Of a DNA stretch of 64,000 nt, positions 1 through 11,449 are shown in pieces. The position numbers and the translations under genes are program-made. Each line of letters starts with the position of its first letter. Position 1 is the first letter of the stretch. The stretch spans positions 1 to 64,000 of the forward strand of contig NIVC01000911.1 in the NCBI GenBank assembly GCA_002269645.1, written 5' to 3'. The stretch comes from Macrostomum lignano. Taxonomy: Eukaryota. The notes under the pieces were generated by a model. The model was not told the DNA's origin. It made no database searches and saw only the letters and a list, made by a program, of their open reading frames with translations.

Positions 1-705
1 ACTGACCAATTCTACCTGAGCTACTGACCCAATTCTACCTGAGCTAGTGACCAATTCTACCTGAGCTACTGACCCAATTCTACCTGAGCTACTGACCAAT
101 TCTACCTGAGCTACTGACCCAATTCTACCTGAGCTACTGAACCAATTCTACCTGAGCTACTGACCCAATTCTACCTGAGCTACTGACCCAATTCTACCTG
201 AGCTACTGACCAATTCTACCTGAGCTACTGACCCAATTCTACCTGAGCTACTGACCCAATTCTACCTGAGCTACTGAACCAATTCTACCTGAGCTACTGA
301 CCCAATTCTACCTGAGCTACTGAACCAATTCTACCTGAGCTACTGACCCAATTCTACAGAGCTACTGACCAATTCTAACAGAGCTAGTGACCAATTCTAC
401 CTGAGCTAGTGACCAATTCTACCTGATCTACTGACCAATTCTGCCTGAGCTACTGACCAATTCTGCCTGAGCTAGTGACCCAGTTCTACCTGAGCTAGTG
501 ACCAATTCTACCTGAGCTAGTGACCAATTCTACCTGAGCTACTGACCAATTCTACCTGAGCTACTGACCAATTCTACCTGAGCTACTGACCCAATTCTGC
601 CTGAGCTACTGACCAATTCTGCCTGAGCTACTGACCAATTCTGCCTGAGCTACTGACCAATTCTACCTGAGCTACTGACCAATTCTACCTGAGTACTGAA
701 CTAAT
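1..705. repeat. Minisatellite array, 21-22 bp unit ACTGACC(C)AATTCTACCTGAGCT, runs off the window start
   Basis: About 30 contiguous near-identical units read directly, with minor variants (ctag/ctac, ctgc/ctac) and no unique spacers. Confidence 0.97.
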
Positions 706-806
706 TCTATCAGCCGAGGTACCGAAATTTAGGACTGAAACTTACATGTTCACAGGCAAAAATATTTTCCATTGCTGTTGTCACTTAATTAAAATAATTA
801 TAAAGC

Positions 807-3012
807 TGATGTAACCGCCCTTGTCGCCTGTCCGCTCCGTTGAGAGACGAACGCATGACTAGAGGGGGGCAATGACCGTAGGCTGCCTATGACCGGGCAA
901 TGACCTGACGGACCTCCAGCACCAGACTGTCCCGCCCACATGATTGATAGCTTTGGTAGCGCTTCGTGACCAGAGGGCCAAGGACCCACATGGACCCCAC
1001 CTGTAGCCAAGGTGCAATAGTTGGTCACTCGGTCATAGTATGACCGAGTGGCTGCCACCACTCTATGTGACCTGGCGCACCTGGATCTTTCTACCAGACC
1101 TCTCGAGGCTAGAGCCCCGCCTGGATGGTTACCAGGGATTTAGGCTAACAGGGGAGACACATGCAGCCGAGTACAGGGACTCTGCTTGGGGCATGATCGG
1201 GAACTCTGGGCTCAATCTGGAGGATTCTCAGCAGGGGATCCTTTGTGGCTGTGAGCGAGGCTGACTTGCGACTTGATTACTAAGAGTAGTATGAGGCGAA
1301 CATGTACTGTCTAGTTTAGATTGCTCAGGGCGGGACGCGCAGCGTTGCAACCTTCCTACTGCCATTCTGTGCCGAGACTCGCTAATCCCCCTACTGCACG
1401 CACCCGCGGCCCCGCAGCACGCACTCACAGGCGGGCTTTGCACGGGGAGAGGCCATTAGCTTACCCAACTTCCTTATGCTTTGCCACCCGGGAGAAAGGC
1501 TTAGCAAGCCATGGGTGAAATGATGGTGAAAGAGTGAATAATGATGAGGTTAGTTAATAGTTAATATTTAGGCCCTTAGGCAAATAATCAGGCAATTAGG
1601 CGGCTTCACTATTGAGTTAAATACAACAAAAAGTTACGGTATCACAATTGGCTCAGCTCTCTAGTCAAGCAATGGAAAATTCATTATTCACAAGGCAAAC
1701 CCCGGATAAGCAAAGGCAATTAGAGCCAACAAATTAGTAACAGGAACTTACCGGCAGCTGCACAGAGAGAGAGAGAGGCGGAGTGACCGAGGGCGGTCGT
1801 AGGCTGCAGTCAGGCAGACAGTGAAGCGGCGATGCGCTGAGGCGACTAGGCGCTGGTGTAGATCAGGCGATGCTGATGATGCTGGGCGGTATCAGACCGC
1901 TGGCCGATAGGCGAGCTCGCTTGGGGAGCTGAAGATAACTTGGCGGTAACAGACCGCGGACCGGCAGGGGTTCGTCTTATAGGCGGGAAGGTCAGAGCAG
2001 TGTCTGACCGCAAGTCCAAAGAAGGACGAGGAGACGAACAGTCTGAGGATTCTCTGCCGAAATCGCTTCCTTTTATAGCCTTCCCAGCCGCCGCTCCAAG
2101 GTCGTTTCCATGACTCCCTCTCTCTGATTGGCTGCCGGCAGAATGACGTCAGAATGAGTCATGATGAGAAGCATGAGACCGGCATAGCAACATGAGAAAT
2201 GGGAGAATTGCGCAATCCGGAGGTGGGGTGGGGGGATAATTGGCGCAGCGGGAGGTCGCGAGAGTGTTGCGCAAGCAAACATTGAGAACAATGGGGCTGG
2301 GGTCGAGAACAAAGGAATTGGAAATCGGGGATAATTGGGGAGAATCGAGAACAATAGAAAAGCTAACATTGGGGAAAAGGTGATAATTAGGTGCGAAAAC
2401 GAGAACAAAGAAAGAGAAAATCGGAGAAAATGTGATAATTGGTGGGGGTAAAGAGAACAAAAGAATCAAAAACGAGAACAATAGAAGCGGAGGTGGGGTG
2501 GGTGTCGCATGAGAAATTTGGGGAGGAGAACAATGGCGTGAGAAAAGGTTGCGCAAGAGAGGGGGATGAGTCATCGATGAGTCATCGAGGGGACGAAGGG
2601 GTCACACGACTTGCGTCATCGTTTGGGAGTTTGAGAAGGGATGGTGGTGACGGTGAGCGCGCAAAATACTGTAAGTAGACGCAGAGAAAGGGGGACAGAG
2701 CAGGAGAATAAGGCGAAAAGGGGCAAAAAGAGGGGAGACAGGAAGAGTACATAAAGAATAGGGAGGCGCGCAGGAGAGATAGGGTAGAGGGGGAGGTACA
2801 AAGAGAGAGGGGAAGCTCCGGAAAGGCAAGTGTGGCGGCAGGGGAGACGGAGCCAAGGCAGCGGGGGGGGGGGGCAGCAGAGCGGGAGTCTCCAGGCCTG
2901 GTCGAAGACCTGGCCGAGCCTCAACAGCTCTGTGCAGGGGGTGCACGGCGATAGGAGGCACTTTCGAAAAAGTTCCCCTGCCCTATCCCGCGACCAGAGC
3001 GTGGTTACATCA
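807..3012 (-). mobile_element. Probable solo LTR (2.2 kb) of a Gypsy-type LTR retrotransposon
   Basis: Termini TGATGTAACC (807) and GGTTACATCA (3012) are a 10-bp inverted pair with TG...CA ends. AAGC flanks both sides (803-806, 3013-3016) as a 4-bp TSD. The minus strand has TATAAAA at 2071-2077 and a CCG|GTAAGT donor near 1751. No recognisable protein is encoded inside. Confidence 0.6.
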
Positions 3013-4347
3013 AAGCCCTCTTATCCCTCTTATAGTCCATGCGTGCGGTAAATTCCAATCTATCTATGTCTATGGCTAAAACCAGAAGAATGCTTTGCCC
3101 ATAAATCAATGAATCTATCACTAGGTTCCTTCGTGCGTAAATAGTCTATGGCACTGCGGCAATGGCAATAGTCTCTGCGCACTCGTGCCAAGACTATTTA
3201 CGCACTCAAACCTAGAGATAAATCTACCATTAACCGCCCGCTAATTTCGATATTTCTCTCCTGCAAGCGGGCTTAAATGTAGTCAATGGCATTAAAATGT
3301 GCACAAGAATAAGTGCCCAGTGGGCACAAAGGTCATGGTACAATTGTTCGTCAAGACTGTTTCCCGCTTTCACTGCCTTCTGGACAAGATCAAATCGATA
3401 GAAATCGCTGATCTCTCGTGTCTTCTCGATGTCAGGTCGGAAGACGGGCGCTCCGGGTAAAATTTGTGTCCAGCGGAAGTTGTTCCGGAAAGAATTCTGC
3501 CTGTGTTTGCAGCCTTGTAATTTTAAAGAAGTGCAGACACTAGAAGACACAGTTGCAGGGATTTTGCTCGGGTGGCAGAGAATTTGCTCAAAGTTTTCTA
3601 TAAACTTTTATTCATGCGAAAGGAGACTGGTTGCTCAAATTCTGATCTATTTCTCAGTTCTGAGCACTTGCTCCTCCAACTCAGAGCACAAGCTTTACTC
3701 ATACGGCCTATTCTATCAATTTATTTTCGTGATCTAATCATGAAAATATACCCTATGCCACGTAAGACTAGCATAAACATCGGATGCCCCCTATTCTACT
3801 ACTTACGAATATTTACAGAATTTTTTTATAAGTGCTATAATGAATATTTAAATTTTTATCAAATCCAACGCTATTCATAAGAAAACTTGTTCATACAAAA
3901 AAATAAATGCCAAAAAGTTTCTTTCCAATATTTCGATTGTGAATATGTTAATAAGTTAATCAAAATAAGTTTTTACGAAGTCCGTTTAAACGCTGATAAG
4001 GAATATGAACGCACATTAACGAATGTTGCCTAACACTGTAGACAGGAAGGCTGCTGTTGCAAATTGTGCAAATTTCACTATTTCAATGCATTTTTACAGC
4101 CGCCTTCTAAATCGAGTTTGCACATGCAAGACGCATAACCGCTCCGTTTGGAATTTGATAGTTTGAAAATTATGAATTTCGTTGCTAAACTGACCTCCAA
4201 CAAAATTTGCACGGTATACGAATGTATAGAGTCCTTAATTTTCAGTTTTACATGTGGCTCGTACATGCCAATTTCTATTGAAATGTGTTTAATTTAATTA
4301 ATACGATTAAAGTAAAAAATGTCATTGATCTACATATACATTTACAG

Positions 4348-7300
4348 GCTTCTGAAAGGCATCGCAAATTCTGCGCAACGCGATCAAGGTCTCATCTTGG
4401 CATCAAAACAAGCCGTAGATGCTCAGCAGTGGAAAGCGTCTGCCTACTTGTTGCGACGAGTTAAAAACGAGCAGACAAGAAGACAGCAATGTCTCGAGTT
4501 AGCAACTCTCGCTGCTATTAATGGCTGGATGGAATTGGCTACCGCCTGCTGGGAGATAATCTCCGATTCCAGTTCACCGGGCCCCGACCTTTGGCAAAGC
4601 TGCGCCGATCTCGCCCAGAAAGCTGCGTCAATGGGTCAATTCGACATTGCATCTTATTTTTGCCAAAAGCTGACAATTCAGCAGCGGTCTCAGTTTCTTA
4701 AAACTTTTGTTTCGAAAATTAATACTCGTAAATGGGATTTTTCAGACGTCGAGAAATTTTTTGCGATTTTTGCCAACAATGTCCCGGCTGAGACGATAGA
4801 AGTGTGCCGTCGTGCTCTGACAATTCAAGCTGCTGAGCAGGGGAGCTGGATTCTGGCACAATCTGTTCTGGCAGAGATTTCCTGTGCAAGCAAACGATCT
4901 GATACACTTAAGAGTATTTTTAATAAAATCAGTGGATGCAAAGGTTGCATCAGAGCGTTGTCTTCAATTATCGAAGATGCCGGAGCAAAATCAAAGATCA
5001 ATTGCCGGTTGGCCAAGGCCACTGTCTCCTCCTGCCAGCGCTGCCAACAGTCACCAGCAGGGAGACAGCAGCAGCAGTCAATAACGCAAATTCACCCAGA
5101 GTTTGTGCCCACTGACTCCCCTGTCGGCTGCCAGAGTCCAATTGATGCGGAGCAACGAAAAGCCTGGACTCTTCTGACTGTGGCTGACTATCTAGCTGAA
5201 GACGCAGAGGATGATCTTAAAGACGGCATCCGGCGCGAGGAAGTGAAGCTTTTAGTGAGGCGGAAGCTGTGGTACACAGCGAAACAGATTTCAGAAAGCA
5301 TTATGAATCGAGACGAGCGCGATCAGAGTCTTATTGCTGCTGCTGAGTTTGCCATCGACTTTGATCAGGCCGAAATGTCAAACTTGTTTCTGAGCGGAAT
5401 GGCTGACACGGACAAGAAAGAAAATTGGCGCTCTAGAAAGGTGCAAAAGCTGTCTGATAAAGGAAAGCAAGATGTGGCAGACCGACTGAAAGACTGGTAC
5501 CTGACTGAAGCAGAAGTTGCAGCAAGTAGTGGTCGGTTAGAGGCTGTTAGAGAAATTCTACAGCGTATACACGATTCGAATAGGCGAGACGAAGCACTTG
5601 CAAAAACTGCTGAAATTGCTGCTAACTTTGGCTACATGGACACTGCCGAAGCACTGGTGCGCGAGATCTGCACAAGCCAGAAGAAGCTTGAGTGTTGCAT
5701 ATAATTGCAAGGGGAATTCTTAATCCTCGCCCTCTAACGGCGATCAGGTGTGCCGCAGCTGCTGATTGCATTGACACTATTAAAACTATATTTACTTCGG
5801 TCAGCGACGATGAAATGCGCGGCAAATGCTGTGTTGAGGCTGTAAAATCAGCTGTGTGCAGCGGCTTCCATGACACTGCCTGTCGGTTGTTACTGAGCTT
5901 CTCTGAGGCTCTACAAGCTGAATGTCTACTTGTTGCCATCCGCACAGCTAGCGCTCTTTGTGGCTTACACACTGTTAGGCAGCTCATGTTGGCAATAGTT
6001 CAATTAAGAAATATTCCTGGCTTCAGTTGGGAACTGTTCAAAAAAGTTCTGAAAGACATCTGCAATAATCCAGAATTACGGAACCAGGTTTGCAAAGCAT
6101 TAGTTAGTGCCTGTCTACGATGCGGCTTGTGGGTGCAGGCTCAAAATTATTTGAAATTCATTAAAGATGAGCGCATTATATGCATTTGTTGTGCTGATGA
6201 GGTGCGGCTGATGCTGAGCCAAGGCCAAGCCAAATTAGCTGCCAAGTTCATAGCTAACATTGAAAAAACACTGAAACATCTGATTGAGCATTGTTTAGTT
6301 GCCGGAGTCGACCTAATTTATGAGCAAGAGAGGCTGGAAACTGCTGTGCAATTTTTCAACTCTTATCAGAGTCCGGACGCCGACAAGTATCGCTTTAGAG
6401 TTGCCCGGTTTGCCATCCAGTTTCGACTTTACCAGTACGCAGAAGGAATGGTCGATTCTATTAGAAACTGCGACATTAAAGACGCAGTCTATCAGGAAAT
6501 CGCTGAACGCGAGATCGCACTGTGGACGAGCAACGAAGACGTTGAATTCGCTTCAAAATTGTCTGCGTTAATTAAGAAGCTTTCGAAGTATTGTAATCGC
6601 AAGGAATGTTTCAAGAGAGCTTCATTAAAAGCAGCAAGCCTTGGATTATGGACTTGCCTAAATGAGTTTGCCTTACAATATAACGACGAGGCTGAAAGAT
6701 TCCAGGATGTGATGCAACAAGCCATCTATTCCAACCAGGTCGACGCAGTCGAGCCTATTCTGAAATCAAGCATAAGCGCTGTAAATAGAGTTGACTTTCT
6801 GTGTAAACTAATTACTCGTAGTCTGACACATGAATTTCAGGATATTTTTACGTTACTCAGGAATATCCCAACGGAGGCGAATTGGATAATTGAAGCCGAA
6901 GATTTTCAGCGTACGCTAAATAACGCCTTAGTAACAAAGCCTAACAGTCACGACTTTGACAGATTTTGCTCAAGGTTTAGTCAGAGCCGGTTGCTTAAAA
7001 CATTTCATGCATGCATCGAGAGAGGATACATAACTCTTGCGCATCGCATGCAACCACATCTCCTAGAAGTTCACCGCACTAATAGCGCTGGTGAAACGGC
7101 GCTGATGCTATCGGCAAAGTTCGGACGTAGCGACCTGATATTGCCGCTGATTGAAGATGGCGCATCGGTGACTCAGACAAATGCGAACGGACAAACAGCC
7201 CTATCGATAGCGTGTTTGCACGGTAAAGAGAAAGCAGTGAAAATGCTTCTAGACTTGGGCTCTGACGTGAACCACTGTGACAGCGCTGGCCGAAGCTGTG

Positions 7301-7349
7301 CACAGTTGGCGGAATCGGCTAAGCACGAAGTTGTGCTCAAGTTGCTTTG
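4348..7349 (+). CDS. Large exon of the cGLR gene: about 35-aa TPR-like alpha-helical repeats followed by about 3 ankyrin repeats; one frameshift at about 5699-5704
   Basis: ORFs 4319-5704 and 5692-7353 join if an extra AT is removed (TGC ATA [TA] ATT GCA gives ECCIIARG). Recurrent helical motif, e.g. RDEALAKTAEIAANFGYMDTAEALVREI. ANK motifs GETALMLSAKFG and GQTALSIACLHG. Acceptor tttacag| at 4347 and donor TG|GTGAGA at 7349/7350. Confidence 0.8.
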
Positions 7350-7449
7350 GTGAGAGATACGCTCGTACGTCGTATATGTAGCTCATTTCACGTAGCTGTT
7401 TATGTCAGTTTGTGCATTGGTTTTTTATTTCATACTTTTCCGATTTCAG

Positions 7450-7811
7450 CTCTTGGCCGAATTTTGATCTTAGCAATTATTTTGTCGAAAAAAGTGCCGC
7501 GTTGACCGAGGCGCTGACTCAGTCGGGCTTCACGCAAGACCGGGTGGTCTGTCTGCCAAGAATGGCAAGCTTCGTATCAGAACTAGCGTCGGCGATCACT
7601 GGCGAGGACATGGAAATTGCTGGCAGCACAGCCGAAGGCTATGGGATGATTCCACCCTGTTTGGACAGAATGGTGTCACCGGATTCCGACATCGACTGGC
7701 TACAAATTATAAACGGATGCGTATTACTCCTAGAAGATTTCTGCTCCTGCTTAGGACAGCAGAACTTGGGGAGCCCCATCGAGGGTCATGTGCCGCTCTC
7801 GGCTCCTGTAG
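7450..7811 (+). CDS. Exon of the cGAS-like receptor (Mab-21 family) carrying the nucleotidyltransferase active-site signature
   Basis: Motif GSTAEG...SDIDW matches the GS..EG...SDxD pattern of invertebrate Mab-21/cGLR NTases. The acceptor atttcag| (7449) is in phase with the upstream donor (TG+C gives Cys: KLLC-SWPNF). Donor G|GTAAGA at 7811/7812. Confidence 0.82.
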
Positions 7812-8240
7812 GTAAGAAAACTATGATTTTCACATTGAATTCTAGCGTATTATAGAATTGTTATGTAAAATGAGCACTACTGTATGCTTTAATTTGTTAA
7901 TGGAACCTGAAGAGAATAATCCAGTGCTCTTAAGTCCGTTTCACATTACCGCTAGTAGCACAGCAGTTGAAGGATTGTTCAAATCATTTTTAAAAACGTG
8001 TCTGAACCAACTGCACATTGATTTGAGCAGTCTTTGACCCGCGAAGCTACTGGCGGGAATGTGAACCGGCATTTACTTTCAAAGTTGTAAACTGTGCGAT
8101 GTTTTGTGTCATAGTAGTTTTTGACTACTGCCATTGATATGAGAGCTTGACCGAAATGGACCTCTTATAATTAGGCTTAATAACGCCTAAATATGAACAT
8201 AAATAAATTAGCGTTATTAACATGTTTCAACCCCACACAG

Positions 8241-9585
8241 GATGTCAACCTGCACAGACTTCCCCTGCTAAAGGAGTTCTTCCCCGCATGGATTTCTGCT
8301 GCGCTTTTCCTGTCTGCACAAGAGACTTATCCTTATTGCACCCCCAGCCCGAAAATCTCGTCCGGGCTTCGAGGCCAGGACGCACGTGTGAGCTGCGAAT
8401 CAGCTTTAACAGCCAGGAGAACAGACTAGTACGAGGCTTTTACGAAGTGCAAGGCACTTACTGATGATCATCAAGCACTGTTTCAAGAACACTCCATTAA
8501 AAGATTACTATAAATCGTACCACGCAAAGTCGCTATTGTTTCATTTAATTGCGCGACACGCAGAATCGGGGGAATCGGTGTGGAAACCCACAAATTTGGC
8601 TCGCCTTTTCCACGAAGCACTTGGTATGGCGATCGAGTTTCTATCGGCGAGTATTTCCAAGGATGTCGTTATGCCGCACTCGATGTGCCCAAGCGCACAG
8701 CTCTACATTAAAAATGCTGGCCTCGGGTACGGATTCGAAGACTCAAAAAAGGAAGCGGAAATATCCCTGAAAGACCTCCAAAAAAGGACCTGGGCGGTGT
8801 TTGATCCGATGCTAGAGTTTTTGCGTCCGTTGAGCTCGCAAGAGTTCAGGTTTCACCCGTTCACTCTTCTGCCATTGCAGCGTGTTCGCCAAGGCGCTCT
8901 TAAAACGAAAAGACATCAAGACAGCACGGTGAACTTGCTGGCTAACTTGTACGAAAAAATCTGGCAAACTCTCACAGATTTGTCCAATGATGGCGAGTGT
9001 CCGAGCGTTGATCGTTTGATTGAGCGTTTAGAAACGCTGCCCAAAATTTGCCACTCTGCAGTCTGTTGCCTGAAGATAATGGCATATTGCAAGAGTGGTA
9101 GGTTGGATCAAGCAGACATTGTTTTAAGTTGTCTTAATGGTCACAAAGTTCAGCGCGGTTGGCAGCCTACTTCAGTTAGAGACGGCATCAAGTGGGACAA
9201 CGAAGCAGACTGGGCGTGGCGATTTTGCTTTCCAAGCAAAAGTGGCTTTCAATTTCCTTTTTTGGCGAACTTTACGCAAAGTCTGTTTACAGCCAGACTA
9301 TCTGAAAAATCTAAAACATCCCACGTCTACATTAACTTTCGATGCCTTTTTTGGAGTCTACAAGCAGAACTTCTGGGGGCTGGAGAAGTCTGTGTCGACG
9401 ACTGGTATACTGAGATTCAAGCAGATGCAGATTTGGAGGAGCTGCTCACTTTAGCCAACTACTCAGACAATCACCAGCACCGGAATTTCTGCAAAGAGGA
9501 GCTAAAAAAGCTGCGCAAAGAAGGACGCGTCGTTTTGGAGGACTACGACTTTAAAAGACCTGCTGCCGAGCACTTCTTTGAATGA
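8241..9585 (+). CDS. 3' exon(s) of the cGLR: Mab-21 C-terminal lobe plus helical tail; 1-nt frameshift at about 8461
   Basis: ELRISFNSQENRLV...Y / LMIIK...SYHAKSLLFH...W...NL...L...L...MPH matches the Mab-21 motifs WRxSFSxxE and SYHxKTxLF. The two halves are offset by one base at ACTTA|CTGATG. The middle region 7845-8460 needs additional frame corrections. Confidence 0.8.
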
Positions 9586-11449
9586 AAGCAAGTGACCAAA
9601 TTGTTTTTCGACGCATTAACTAGTAATGGCTTTAGAATGAAAAAACGCTATATAGAGTACCTTTGATTGCTTTTGATTGCAGTTTCGTGAAGAAATGAAT
9701 TAGTGCTACGGGGCTACGATACACGTTTTTCAGTTTCTGCTTATGTTGCCCTAAACTATGGACTAATTTTTATTGAGTAGTAAGTTCGTTAAAGTTGGTT
9801 CAAATATTAATGCGAGTTTCTCTGTGGGTCAAATATTGCTCAAATCAATTTTTAACAGGCCTGGACCAACTGTACACGGAGTTGAGCAGTATTTTACTTG
9901 CAAAGCTGTGAACCGGCCTTTAGAGTAGATTTCAAAAATAACTAGCGAAAGACAACGGAAGTATATCTGTTGCCTACACATTTGAGAAATTGACATTTGA
10001 CATAAATATTAAATAAACTAATACATTATACTAATTTGCGTGTCCTCTTTATAGAAAAAAATTCTTTGATCAATATCTTTATAAAATGTATTTTTCGAAC
10101 TTATTAATCACTTTATACAGCAAAAATGTTATGCATATTACTTTTAAAAAGTACCGCAGTTGTTTTTTTCTTTAATCGTATCGTAAGCGAATTATTCTGA
10201 AGGATAAAGCTATAGTCAAACTGAAAAATGCAAAGTAGTATCAAGTGTCGCGAGTAGGTTTTTGTTGTGTGTATTCTATCAATGTAACAATATCAATCTA
10301 TTTTAAAGTGTTTGATTGTCTTCTTTTCTTGTACATTGGCATTCATACTCTATGAGCTGATTTTGATTATATTCATTATTTCCTTGTTATAGCTCGTAAT
10401 GCGTACGTTCTAAGAAATTGGTATTATTTGAATATTTACAAAAATTTCTGTTTTCTCGCTTTTCCTCTGTCGATGTTGGTGATGATTTCGTGCTGTAACG
10501 ATTGGCCTTCAGGCCGTAAGACGGTCGCTGAATCATTACAAACCTAGGAACTACAATAGTTAAATTACCTTACCTTAAGGTAGTTTAACGAGACAGTTTT
10601 ATTTGAGACCGTTTATGTTTATTTAGTTATACGAGCCATTCTGTCGCTGCACTTCAATACTATAGTATTGCATTATAAGCATTTGAACTATTGAAGTTGC
10701 CTATAAACGAGACCATTGGCCTCTACTTCGAACAATCTATTTCATCATTATCCCACAATTAAGTTCATTCTACAACGTTATACACTGCCGTTCATTGAAT
10801 ACCATTTACCTTTCATTCTCGTAATACCCTTAGAAGTAGACGTAGCACTCGAACTCGTAAAGAAAAACTATTTTCGCCACACCAGTAAGTTAATATTTGC
10901 ATGGACATACAGGAACATACTGGCATTGGTGGAGATCGTCATGGCAATACGGTGTGTTGTGAGTGCCACCAGCTAGAGGCACATTTACGAGTAAATATAT
11001 ATTTGATTTTATAATTGAAGCTATCAGGGGCTTCAAGGGCTGTAGCGTTTAGTGTTGCGCTTAGTCCTGTCTTTTGAGCCCGCACAGTTTGCGCAATAGA
11101 GCGGTGTGAAGACCGAAAAGGTGGCTGCAACGTAGAGAGCCTTTATTCAAGCGGGCTGGCCTGAGCTGTAGTGCAGCCGCGGTCGCTTGGCTGGCAGCTC
11201 TGTGACGCGGCGCGCATTCCCTGACTCATTTGACGGCACTCGAGTGAGCCTCATACAGTCACTCTTAGCTGTTCTAGGAGGATGATCCTTTTCGACGCCC
11301 CCACAACTACCAAGTTAGGCTGGGTCCTTACTCACAACGGTGACTCAAACTCCTTCCTTGACCCAATACAATATAAAAATTGCGTTGACCCTTTTTACAA
11401 GAAAGATATTGAGATTTAAGACCAGGTGATTACGATTTACGTATGTTTT

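Noticed and set aside
1-705. CRISPR-like appearance of the regular short repeats (also 21675-24800, 36841-37256, 58990-59845)
   Set aside because: Units are contiguous with no unique spacers, no cas genes are present, and the DNA is eukaryotic.
2073-3051. Several overlapping ORFs rich in Pro/Leu/Phe or Gly/Arg
   Set aside because: A by-product of purine/pyrimidine strand bias inside the putative LTR; no domain motifs.
3230-3720. Minus-strand 106-aa ORF with protein-like composition
   Set aside because: The upstream frame is broken by stops and no family is recognised. It could be a gene relic but cannot be supported.
7351-7353. Stop codon ending a stand-alone ankyrin gene
   Set aside because: It overlaps a GTGAGA donor that is in phase with the Mab-21 exon, so fusion is the better reading, pending cDNA.
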